Shown: positions 20,138-28,565 of the stretch, in pieces | How positions within the stretch are numbered: the first letter of the stretch is position 1 | Layout of the letters: each line of letters begins with the position of its first letter | Virus record (IMG/VR): IMGVR_UViG_3300005764_000027 | Location: 1 to 46,689 of that record | Direction: 5' to 3' (one strand) | Origin: a virus | Taxonomy: Duplodnaviria > Caudoviricetes | Length of the DNA stretch: 46,689 nucleotides | Notes under the pieces: generated by a model | What the model saw: the letters and a program-made list of their open reading frames with translations, nothing else | What the model was told of the DNA's origin: nothing | The model's database searches: none | Position numbers and translations under genes: made by a program

Positions 20138-21751
20138 CTAGCGGATGACCTCGAGATCCTGGCCGCGGTTGTATTGCAGTCTGAATTGAACGAGGACCGC
20201 ATACACGCGCAGCTGATTCACGAGATCGGGCGGCCAGAGGACGTTGAGCCGATTCGGATTGTTGGGATCGCGCTCGACGATCAAATGATCCTTGAACGAC
20301 GCGACGTCCTCGACGAGCCCGTTGAATTCGTCGATCCGATATTGCGAGACGAGCTCCGCCTTGACGATCTTCGGCGTGACGATCTTTTGTCCGACTCCGA
20401 ATCTCGTTCCGTCATTAGCCAATTTATGACGCGGAAACTTGCTCGTGATGACCTGGCGCTGGTTGCGGATGATGCGCGCAAGCGTCGACATGGTCGTCAC
20501 AAGTTCGTAGGCATCATCGCTCTGGCCGTAGAGGTTGAGTTGATATGTGGTCGTGTCCCGCATGACCATCGGTTGTCCGTCGGAGCCGATCTTTTGCGTG
20601 GCGATCCCGACGCCGGAGAGATTATTGAGCTCCGGCAAGATGAAAGAATCCTCGCGCTGGCATGGGAGGATCTTGTTGAGCTTCAACGTCTGGAGCGGGC
20701 GCGCCGGATCGTTGGTCAACGCGCGCGCGGCCTTCGCGCAATAGGCCGCGCACCATTCATAGGTCGGCGAGGCCGCGGTCTCCTCGACGCCCATGACGGT
20801 AAGCGGTCCGAAGTTCGGCGTCGCCCCGGTGATCGGATCGCCCCACAGCATGAGGTCGGTATATTCGCCGCGCTTGGCACAGAAGATCACGCCGTAAAGT
20901 TGGCGCATCCAGCCCCAGCGACCGATATCCTCAAAGCCGAATTCCTGTTCCCAATCGAACAAGGTATTCGAGTCCGTGTAGGGGAGCGCGACATACTCGT
21001 AAGCATGCTCGCCGAGATTCGAGATCGCGACCGTGCAATCGGGAACGCCGCCGCCGCCGGAGAGACGACCGGTCGCGGGGAGATCGATCTGGCATCCGGG
21101 CGGCAATTCCTGTCCGCCGATCTTGCCATAGAAATTTAACTGGACCGTTATGTCGTCGCCGTTGTCGCCGCGGGTTTTCGCGGTGAGCGTGACCGTCGCC
21201 GCGGGAGCCGCCGCCGCGACCGCCACGACCGGCAATTTCGGATCGGCGTTGATCGCCGCGGCGAGTTGCGTCGCGATATCGTTAAGCGTGTCGGTCGTTC
21301 CGATGGCGATCCCGACATGATGACCGGCGACATAGAGATGGATCATCCCCGCCTCGGTCGCGGGCGCGGTGATCGTGATCGTTCCCGTCGACGCCTCCGA
21401 CCCCGCCAACGGCGCGAGCGGCAAGCACCATGTCTCGTGCGCGAAATTGTTCGCAACGCATGCGGCGAACATCGAGGCGAGCTCTGATCCCATCCCATAC
21501 TCGCGATCCGCTTGCGCTTGCGTGCCGATGGGTTTGGGAATGTTCGGCACGGCGATTCCGGGGACGACGCCCGCGGGAAGCGCGGGATCGGGTGTCGGAT
21601 AGATCGTCGTGTCGGTCGGGTCCGCGATCATCGCGCCGACCAGGAGGATCGGGTCGCGCACAATCGGGAGGCCCGCCATTGACGGGTCGACCTCGGCCCA
21701 AAAAAGCGGCATGCGCCATTGAGCCGGAATGGAGTCAAAGCTGATAGGCAT
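20138..21751 (-). CDS. Contractile tail sheath protein (Mu gpL-like)
   Basis: MPISFDSIP...PLFWAEVD; DPARPLQTL; TTYQLN.YGQ.DDAY; KFPRHKLANDGTRFG.GQ; VERDPNNPNRLNVL.PPDLVNQLRV. Confidence 0.96.
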   Translation of the reverse strand: MPISFDSIPAQWRMPLFWAEVDPSMAGLPIVRDPILLVGAMIADPTDTTIYPTPDPALPAGVVPGIAVPNIPKPIGTQAQADREYGMGSELASMFAACVANNFAHETWCLPLAPLAGSEASTGTITITAPATEAGMIHLYVAGHHVGIAIGTTDTLNDIATQLAAAINADPKLPVVAVAAAAPAATVTLTAKTRGDNGDDITVQLNFYGKIGGQELPPGCQIDLPATGRLSGGGGVPDCTVAISNLGEHAYEYVALPYTDSNTLFDWEQEFGFEDIGRWGWMRQLYGVIFCAKRGEYTDLMLWGDPITGATPNFGPLTVMGVEETAASPTYEWCAAYCAKAARALTNDPARPLQTLKLNKILPCQREDSFILPELNNLSGVGIATQKIGSDGQPMVMRDTTTYQLNLYGQSDDAYELVTTMSTLARIIRNQRQVITSKFPRHKLANDGTRFGVGQKIVTPKIVKAELVSQYRIDEFNGLVEDVASFKDHLIVERDPNNPNRLNVLWPPDLVNQLRVYAVLVQFRLQYNRGQDLEVIR

Positions 21752-21758
21752 GGATCAT

Positions 21759-21793
21759 CTCCATCATGGGGAATGGCGCGTCGTCACGACGGG
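21759..21793 (-). promoter_or_regulatory. Conserved 5' leader element of the sheath gene
   Basis: Copy of the 20035-20069 element; preceded on the transcript by the palindrome TCCGACTCGA-G-TCGAGTCGGA at 21804-21824. Confidence 0.6.
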
Positions 21794-21828
21794 CCGGATG
21801 AATTCCGACTCGAGTCGAGTCGGAGATT

Positions 21829-22224
21829 TTACGTCGAGGAGGAGCTCGGCGCGTGATGCGTCTCGGCGGTCCGCCGCCGCGGGGATCGTCCTTGGTTATG
21901 CGGTTGTTCGCCGTTCTCGTCCTTTCGGACTTTGACCTTGTGATGCTTGAACATCGCCGCCGCGGCCTCGCCGCCTGGTCCGCCCTCGTCGATTAGGACG
22001 GTGCCGTCGAGGATGCGGCGCTTCGTGAATTGATCGAGCGGCCATTCGACCGATTGCCCGATATCCGGCATGAAGCCGACATGCGTCGTCGCATGTTTGA
22101 TCGCGACACGGATGCGCTCGTTCGCCGCGCGGACGCGGATATGCGACGGGCGCGTCAAGCCCGGGACCGGAAGGCGCTTGCGTCCGGAGACGGGGAACGG
22201 TTTACGCTCGACCAGATCGACCAT
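21829..22224 (-). CDS. DUF2635-like small tail protein
   Basis: VEWPLDQFTKRRILDGTV motif, directly before the sheath as in Mu-like tails; start chosen at the ATG with an AGGAGAG RBS. Confidence 0.6.
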   Translation of the reverse strand: MVDLVERKPFPVSGRKRLPVPGLTRPSHIRVRAANERIRVAIKHATTHVGFMPDIGQSVEWPLDQFTKRRILDGTVLIDEGGPGGEAAAAMFKHHKVKVRKDENGEQPHNQGRSPRRRTAETHHAPSSSST

Positions 22225-22238
22225 GATTGCTCTCCTCG

Positions 22239-22874
22239 CTAGGTTGGCAACGTCCATTCGGTGACGATAGGCGGACGTTGCGGATCGTCGGGATCATCTC
22301 CAGGCAATAACGCCTTGGAATGCATGAGCTCAAAAATGTCGTTCACGACTGGCTCGAATATCCACTCGTGATGGACGACGAGCTCCATTTGCATCTCGCC
22401 GATGGGGGTCTCGTTCTGTTTGCCCGCCATGCCATAAACCTTGCGCGCCGCGCCGCCCGATATGCCGTTAATCATCGGCAGATCGGTCCCCGGCCACTTG
22501 GCCCAAAACGGATCATGGAGCGTCGCGAGGATCGACCAGTAACCGATATCGAGCGCGTATTCGGTTTGCTCCGGATCGTTATTGACCACGATGTAAGAGA
22601 AACCGAGAGTCGTCTTCCATCGCATATGCGGATGGCCCAGATTGCCTTGCGGCCCGTTGAGCGCGTCGAAAGTATCGTCGGGCATGAGATAGACGCCGAG
22701 ACGCGGGAGATGCGCCTCTTGTATCGGGAGCGCGACGGTCCGACAGAATTTTGCGACGTCGGTCGAGAACGGCGGGACGAGCTTCAACCGCTCCAGGAAT
22801 ACGCCCTGGATCATCCAGGATCGGGAGTTGGCATAATGTCCATCTGGATTGATCGGGATGACCGGAGCATTCAT
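22239..22874 (-). CDS. Putative tail terminator/completion protein
   Basis: Start MNAPVIP at the ATGA overlap; position between head closure and sheath; LPRLGVY motif. Confidence 0.6.
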   Translation of the reverse strand: MNAPVIPINPDGHYANSRSWMIQGVFLERLKLVPPFSTDVAKFCRTVALPIQEAHLPRLGVYLMPDDTFDALNGPQGNLGHPHMRWKTTLGFSYIVVNNDPEQTEYALDIGYWSILATLHDPFWAKWPGTDLPMINGISGGAARKVYGMAGKQNETPIGEMQMELVVHHEWIFEPVVNDIFELMHSKALLPGDDPDDPQRPPIVTEWTLPT

Positions 22875-23239
22875 GGCGTCGCCGGTTTGTTGGTGACGAT
22901 CTTGCGGAGCGTGATCGTAATCATCCCGCCGGCGTTGCCCGGGGTGAGATCGAGGACCATGAACGATCCGCCGCGGACGCCCTGGTGGAATGGGATATCG
23001 ATCTGATCGCCTTGCATGGGGAGCGTCGGATATTCCGACTCCATGATATCGAGATAAGTCTCGCCCTCGGAGATGACCGCGCCGTTCTCGGCGAGGATAT
23101 CGACCGCCTTCTGGTCGTAGTATCCGCGCGAGTCGTATGCCGCGCCCGCGGGTTGCGACACGAGCGGCGTCACTGTGACCGGCCGCGCCCATACCGCCCA
23201 CACTTTGAAATAGAGATCGTCCTGGAGATTGTAGAGCAT
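22871..23239 (-). CDS. Head-tail joining (closure, gpFII-like) protein
   Basis: 122 aa; LPMQGDQIDI...GGMITITLR; position. Confidence 0.7.
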   Translation of the reverse strand: MLYNLQDDLYFKVWAVWARPVTVTPLVSQPAGAAYDSRGYYDQKAVDILAENGAVISEGETYLDIMESEYPTLPMQGDQIDIPFHQGVRGGSFMVLDLTPGNAGGMITITLRKIVTNKPATP

Positions 23240-23247
23240 GGCGCGAC

Positions 23248-23757
23248 CTATCCGATCCGGATGCTTTCCTGGACCTTTGCCGAATAGATTCCTTCCTTCA
23301 TGTCCACGATGAACCGCTCCGATTCTTCCTTCTCGATCTGGCGGAGATGAAAGACCGGCCGATGCGTGACGCTATTGATCGCGATATACATGACCTCGCC
23401 GTCGGTCGGTCGGATTAGGACGCGCTTGCCCTTCGGCCGGAATAGCTTGCCGCCGTATTTGCGGAGTTTGATCCGGAGCGGTGGCTTCGGAATCCACAGA
23501 AACGGTTTGCCGACGGAGATCCCGCCGTATTCCTTGACCTTCAAAAACGCGGGACGGAGTCTGGTCTCGACGACGTATCCGCCCTGGATCGATTTGAAGC
23601 TCGTCGTAAATCCTTTCGCGTATCGCCCGAAGTGACCGGCCGCGGCAATGTCCTTGCGGCTCCGCTCGCGTATGCGTTGCGAGAGCATGACGACCGCGCT
23701 CCGCACGATGGGACCGTGTTCGCGGAGGTTCGTATTGATCTCGACCATGAATGGCAT
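23248..23757 (-). CDS. Putative neck/tail completion protein
   Basis: Basic protein with EYGG...GKPFLWIP; TAATG overlap start; position in the connector module. Confidence 0.55.
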   Translation of the reverse strand: MPFMVEINTNLREHGPIVRSAVVMLSQRIRERSRKDIAAAGHFGRYAKGFTTSFKSIQGGYVVETRLRPAFLKVKEYGGISVGKPFLWIPKPPLRIKLRKYGGKLFRPKGKRVLIRPTDGEVMYIAINSVTHRPVFHLRQIEKEESERFIVDMKEGIYSAKVQESIRIG

Positions 23758-24314
23758 TAGGCCGCGCTCCGATATTTCTCCGGGCACCAATGCGGCCGAC
23801 GACCGCAAGCGAGCCATTGCTCCAGCGACAGGATCGAATGATAGGGAGGCGGGACATAGAAGACCCGACGCGGCTCGTACCAGATTTTATCCTCGCGCTC
23901 GATTGCTTCCCATCCGCACAGCCATCCGACGAGCTCCGCCAGCATGCGCTCCATCGATACGCGCACGAGAACAATCGGCATTCTCATTTTGTCGTCGGGC
24001 CGGATCGTGAGATCGCAATTTAATCCCATGGTGATCCGGCGCGCGCGGACCTCGATGACCTTTAGATCGACGTCGCCCTGTTTTTTAACCTCTCGATACT
24101 CGTCCTCGAGTCCGAAGTATTTGGCGCAAAGCCATTCGCCAAGCGATCCGACGTGATGATTTGCGCGCGTCTCCTCCAAAGTGAGATCGATTCCGTAATT
24201 GCGCGCGCCCTTCGCTTGCGCTTCATCCTCTAGCGCATTGCCGTCTCGAATGCCGATCTCGAGGTCCGCCTGGGTGAAGCGGATGATCGTCGGCATTCCG
24301 CCGAAATCGTCCAT
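23757..24314 (-). CDS. Hypothetical protein, possible PD-(D/E)XK-fold
   Basis: GSLGEWLCAKYFG...GDVDLKVIEVR...LVGW pattern; RBS GAGGGAG. Confidence 0.55.
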   Translation of the reverse strand: MDDFGGMPTIIRFTQADLEIGIRDGNALEDEAQAKGARNYGIDLTLEETRANHHVGSLGEWLCAKYFGLEDEYREVKKQGDVDLKVIEVRARRITMGLNCDLTIRPDDKMRMPIVLVRVSMERMLAELVGWLCGWEAIEREDKIWYEPRRVFYVPPPYHSILSLEQWLACGRRPHWCPEKYRSAA

Positions 24315-24324
24315 GTCGGCTCCC

Positions 24325-24990
24325 TCAAATGAAATAGCGCGTGTATTTCGACAGGAGATTTTTGATCGCCGTCGTCTGGACCGACGGGCCGGTCGTGGTC
24401 GTCGTCCCGCCCGCGGCCATGTCCTTCGGCGAGAAGTAGATGACCCGGGAGTCCTTGTGCGCGAGCATGCGGACGCCGCTCCCGCTCGTGCTGGCCGCCG
24501 CCGCCTCCGTCCGGAAGGATCGCACCATCAATCCGGCGACCTGTTGCAACGGGCCGGGAGCCTCGTCGGGGAGATCAAATCCCCCGGTGTAATGCACGAG
24601 GATATCGCTCGACGTCCCGGCCTTTATGGTGAGCTTCCCGGACCATTTCTCGATCCGGTATTCCGACGGATCGAGCAATGTCCCCGGCGGGCTCTCGACC
24701 GTGATCGGCTTGTCGGTGTCGACCGGATAATGCGAGAGCCAAATCTTGCTCGCGCCGTCCGGACAACATTCAATCGCGACGCATTGCCAGAGCTCCTCGA
24801 CCTCCTCCTTTCCGAAAACGCGATTGCACTCCATCGCAATCGCCTCGGAGTTTTGCGAGATCAACATTTGCAGCTGCGCGTCGTTCGAAACATCGGACGC
24901 CGGAATGTCGAGCATGGTCTTTAAGTCCGCGAGCGAAATGAGATCATGCGTCGCGGCGGGAGTGATAACGTCGATATCGACCTCCGGCAT
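24325..24990 (-). CDS. Head-tail connector (gp6-like adaptor)
   Basis: DLISLADLKTML...DAQLQMLI...CNRVF...VHYTGGFDLPDEAP..LQQ...LLSKY. Confidence 0.8.
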   Translation of the reverse strand: MPEVDIDVITPAATHDLISLADLKTMLDIPASDVSNDAQLQMLISQNSEAIAMECNRVFGKEEVEELWQCVAIECCPDGASKIWLSHYPVDTDKPITVESPPGTLLDPSEYRIEKWSGKLTIKAGTSSDILVHYTGGFDLPDEAPGPLQQVAGLMVRSFRTEAAAASTSGSGVRMLAHKDSRVIYFSPKDMAAGGTTTTTGPSVQTTAIKNLLSKYTRYFI

Positions 24991-25002
24991 CGGATCGCTC
25001 CA

Positions 25003-25170
25003 TCAATATCGCGGGACGACGCGCTCCGGCGTATCGGCGATCTCGGCCTCGATCTCGCCCTCGCCTTGGCAATGACCGCACGGCGGGACCGACACGACCT
25101 CGACGCCGTCGACAAGCTCATGCACGAGGAGGCGCTTCTCGCCTTTGCAGCAAGGACAATCGACGCGCAT
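25003..25170 (-). CDS. Small zinc-finger protein (CxxCxG x2)
   Basis: Below ORF-track cutoff; MRVDCPCCKGEK...PPCGHCQGEGEIE...PRY*, 55 aa, RBS GGAGA. Confidence 0.65.
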   Translation of the reverse strand: MRVDCPCCKGEKRLLVHELVDGVEVVSVPPCGHCQGEGEIEAEIADTPERVVPRY

Positions 25171-25173
25171 CGA

Positions 25174-25377
25174 TCAATCTCCGGATATGAGGTCCCGGAG
25201 TTTCGCATTTTTGCGGCGCTCGTCCAGGAGGAGGAGGCCCAATCGCCGACGGTCGCGCGCCGGATCGCCGGTCAATACGACCCGCGCGGGGACGCGCGTC
25301 GCGCGCGAGAGATCGGCCGCCTTGTGCCGAAGATCGGCGACGCGCGCCGACTGGAGGAGGACCTGGCGCAAGCTCAT
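25174..25377 (-). CDS. Small hypothetical protein
   Basis: ATGA overlap with the collagen gene stop; fills the operon gap. Confidence 0.4.
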   Translation of the reverse strand: MSLRQVLLQSARVADLRHKAADLSRATRVPARVVLTGDPARDRRRLGLLLLDERRKNAKLRDLISGD

Positions 25378-26786
25378 GCCCGCGTCTCCGATTGGAATTG
25401 TTCGAACAAGCCGCGAAGCTCGAGCGCCGGTCCGCGCTTGCCGTCGGAGAGGATCGGCGTCGCGCGATACGTCTCGCGGTCGAGCTTCCATCCGGTGATC
25501 GATGGAGCTCCTTCGCCTCTCTCTCCGCGCTCGCCCTTCGGCCCCGCGTCTCCCTGCGGGCCGCGGCCTCCGACGCGCCCCTGGCGGACGAGCAATTGCC
25601 AGCCCTCGCCCGGGAGGACGCCGGGATTATCGCGGAGCGCGATGAAGCTCGCGCCATCGCTGGCGACGATATCGAGCGCCGCATAGACCGCATCCGGATT
25701 GAACGTCCCGCGCGCGCGCGGCGTTGCGCCGTCGACCCCGCGCGATGCGAGCGAGATCCAGTCCGCATGGGGCGGCGCTTGACCGGTGTCCTTGCGCGCC
25801 TGGAACGTCGAGCCCTTATGCGTGACGGCGTCGCCGCGGTAATAGACCCGATCCGGCTCGAATGCCGCTACGGCCGGGAGGACCCCGACGGGACCGGCCG
25901 GTCCTTGTGGACCAATGGGACCGGCCTCGCCGCGCTCGCCGACGAGGCCGCGCGGACCCGCTGGACCGACGTCACCCGCGGCTCCCGCGGGACCTTCGGC
26001 TCCGCGCGCACCGTCGGCTCCGCGCGGACCGGCCGCGCCCGCTTCTCCAGGGCGGCCCGGAGGCCCGTCGGGACCCTGGTCCCCCTTGTCCCCCTTGGGA
26101 CCGATGGGACCGGCTTCCCCGGCCTTCCCTTCGGCTCCGATCTCGCCCGGAGGACCCATTGCTCCGGCCGGTCCGGGAGGACCAGGAGGCCCAATCTCGC
26201 CGCGCTCGCCCGTCGCGCCTCGCTCCCCGGGAGGCCCGTCGGAGCCTCGATCTCCCGGAGCGCCCGCTGGACCGATCTCGCCCGGAGGACCCTCACGACC
26301 GACAGGCCCGACGGGACCAGGATCGCCGGTCTCGCCGCGCGCGCCAATCGCTCCCGGCTCGCCCTGTTGTCCTGGAGGGCCTTCGCCTCCCGGAGCGCCC
26401 GTCGGACCCGCTGGCCCCTCGTTTCCCGTTTCACCGCGATCTCCCTTCTCGCCGACCGGACCGGCCAGACCGACCGGACCTTGCGGACCTTGCGGACCTT
26501 CGGCTCCCGGAGCGCCGTCCTTCACTTGCGCGAGCCGCGCCGCGATATCGACGCCGAGCTCCTTCATCCGCGCGAGGCATGCGGCCTCGATTGCCGCGAG
26601 GCGCTCGACCTGTTGCGCGCGAAGCTCCGCCAGCACGGCGCGCGATTGCGCTTCGATAAGCGCATGCTCCCGCCGATGGTGCGAAAGAATTTCGCCTAGC
26701 TCGCGAGCGAAGAAATCAACCGCAATATCGGCGGTCGCATTCGTCGGCGTAGGCGCGGACGCTTCGAGCAAATTTCCGTCGGACAT
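25374..26786 (-). CDS. Collagen-like head/neck fibre protein
   Basis: Coiled N-terminus, ~70 uninterrupted G-X-Y triplets, then two Y..GD.V...GS.F.A....W modules. Confidence 0.85.
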   Translation of the reverse strand: MSDGNLLEASAPTPTNATADIAVDFFARELGEILSHHRREHALIEAQSRAVLAELRAQQVERLAAIEAACLARMKELGVDIAARLAQVKDGAPGAEGPQGPQGPVGLAGPVGEKGDRGETGNEGPAGPTGAPGGEGPPGQQGEPGAIGARGETGDPGPVGPVGREGPPGEIGPAGAPGDRGSDGPPGERGATGERGEIGPPGPPGPAGAMGPPGEIGAEGKAGEAGPIGPKGDKGDQGPDGPPGRPGEAGAAGPRGADGARGAEGPAGAAGDVGPAGPRGLVGERGEAGPIGPQGPAGPVGVLPAVAAFEPDRVYYRGDAVTHKGSTFQARKDTGQAPPHADWISLASRGVDGATPRARGTFNPDAVYAALDIVASDGASFIALRDNPGVLPGEGWQLLVRQGRVGGRGPQGDAGPKGERGERGEGAPSITGWKLDRETYRATPILSDGKRGPALELRGLFEQFQSETRA

Positions 26787-28173
26787 TGTCTGGCGAGTCC
26801 TTCGGTTCTGTGTCCGCCGGATTGGCGGACGGCGCTGGAGAGTTGGGACCTGGCGCGGGCGGAAGCCCGCTCGTTCCCGGAAGTTTTTGCGGGATCGTAG
26901 CGGCAGCACTCAGGGGAACGACTTGCATTTGGACTCTCGGCTCCTCGCCGAATTTCACATCGTCATATCCCTCAAGATTGCGCGCCTCGTTTGGCGACAG
27001 CACGCCGCCCTGGACCGCGCGCGTCAATCCTTCGATCCGATCCTTGAATGCGGAGCGCAACAATGCGGACGCATCGAGCTCGAGGTATTCGTCGGGGACG
27101 CCCTTCAATCCGAATAGCAGACCGAATGCCTCCTCGATGTGGTTCAACGCAAATCCTAAACCGCTGGCGATCCACAATTGCATGAGCGCCTCGGTCGATT
27201 GATGGGTCGACGGCGCGAGGCCCAGGATCGCGAGAGGAATGCGGAACGCGAGCGCGATTTGCTCGTTCGATATCTTCATGACCTCGGCGACTTGTGAGTC
27301 CTTGCCGACAATCGCCCACGGCTGGACCTTCAATCCCGCGGTCAAGATCGGGACGCCGCCCGGGCCGCATCCATCGAGGCCCTTCGCTTGCTCCTGCCAC
27401 ATCTGGCGAAGCTCGTTCACCTTCTCGCGCGGGAGAACGAGATCGGTCGACAGCACGGCGGAGGGCCGCGCCTGGTTCATGTAAAATTGGATTTGCTGTT
27501 GTTTGATCGCGTCCGTTTGCGCCATCTCCGCGAGCGCCGCCAGAAGCGGAGACTCGCCGCGGATCGGAAACGGCTTGCGGCGATCATTGTGCAAATGGAT
27601 ATGAAGCACGTCGCGCGCCGGGACGATCAATCTCCCGCCGCCGAAACTCTCCAGCCGCCGCATGATGATCTCATTCCCGCCGAGATGATAGAACACGTCG
27701 CCGGTCTCGGCGACTTGCGGGAACGACTGGCGCGAATCGAAAAGGTGCAACGAGTCGACCTCGAAACGCGAATTCCGCAACGCGAGCGCGTAGGCGTTGC
27801 CCTCGAGATAGAGCATGCGCGTCGCGTTGAGCATGAAATCCGAGATCGACGAATAATCGTTAGGGTGACGCAAGATCCGCATCAAAGCGGAATTGTCGAC
27901 GCGATCCCGTCCGCCCTTGTCATTCGAGCGCCAATGATTGCCCGGACACATGGCGACGGTCTGGCTGTAGGCGGAGACGCATGCCTCGACCATGGCGGAG
28001 CGCGACGAGCTCCCCATCGGATCGATCCCGCATTGGAAAAAATTCGTCGGCGTGCCGTCCGGGAGATATCCTCCGGTGATCGGGAGGAGGTACGGCCCAG
28101 GACGAAACTCTCCCTCCGCCGCTTTCGCGACGAAGGGAGCGAGGACTCGCGCGATGCGAGCGAGCGCGTTCAT
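26716..28173 (-). CDS. Portal protein (HK97 family)
   Basis: [39 protein letters not shown] and [13 protein letters not shown] motifs. Confidence 0.95.
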   Translation of the reverse strand: MNALARIARVLAPFVAKAAEGEFRPGPYLLPITGGYLPDGTPTNFFQCGIDPMGSSSRSAMVEACVSAYSQTVAMCPGNHWRSNDKGGRDRVDNSALMRILRHPNDYSSISDFMLNATRMLYLEGNAYALALRNSRFEVDSLHLFDSRQSFPQVAETGDVFYHLGGNEIIMRRLESFGGGRLIVPARDVLHIHLHNDRRKPFPIRGESPLLAALAEMAQTDAIKQQQIQFYMNQARPSAVLSTDLVLPREKVNELRQMWQEQAKGLDGCGPGGVPILTAGLKVQPWAIVGKDSQVAEVMKISNEQIALAFRIPLAILGLAPSTHQSTEALMQLWIASGLGFALNHIEEAFGLLFGLKGVPDEYLELDASALLRSAFKDRIEGLTRAVQGGVLSPNEARNLEGYDDVKFGEEPRVQMQVVPLSAAATIPQKLPGTSGLPPAPGPNSPAPSANPADTEPKDSPDNVRRKFARSVRAYADECDRRYCG

Positions 28174-28488
28174 TTATTCGGAACGCGAATGCGGTCCCGA
28201 CGCGGGCCGCGCTGTCGTTTGTCGGGTCGAATATCCGCCCGCTGGCCGCGCGGTTTGATGGCGCGTCTCGTGCGCCTCGCGAGAGCTTGGATCGTGCGGG
28301 TCCGGACCGGAGCCGTCGTCCTCCTTCTCGACGACGTGCGCGCCGGAGACGGCGAGATCGCACTCCTCTTGCGTCGGAGTGGGCTTGCCCTTCATGCGCT
28401 CGGCATATTCCGCGTCGGACTTGGCGCGGATCTTTTTGTCCTCCTCGACGCGCTTGCGCGCGGCTTCGGTGGCGGGATCGTCTGCCAT
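28174..28488 (-). CDS. Hypothetical head-module protein
   Basis: 104 aa, RBS GAGGAG, KPTPTQEECD motif; stop abuts the portal start. Confidence 0.7.
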   Translation of the reverse strand: MADDPATEAARKRVEEDKKIRAKSDAEYAERMKGKPTPTQEECDLAVSGAHVVEKEDDGSGPDPHDPSSREAHETRHQTARPAGGYSTRQTTARPASGPHSRSE

Positions 28489-28565
28489 GATCGTCTTCTC
28501 CTCGAATGATGACGGGCCGCGGGATGCGGCCCGCCCATCTTATCAACGTGCGACGCCGCGCGCCG

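Noticed and set aside
25392-27117. Long plus-strand ORFs (400-435 aa) opposite the collagen gene
   Set aside because: Antisense shadows of GC-rich G-X-Y codons with no independent RBS or domain
28508-28539. Intrinsic terminator after the major capsid gene
   Set aside because: A GC hairpin is present but has no U-tract on the coding strand; at most an mRNA-stabilising stem
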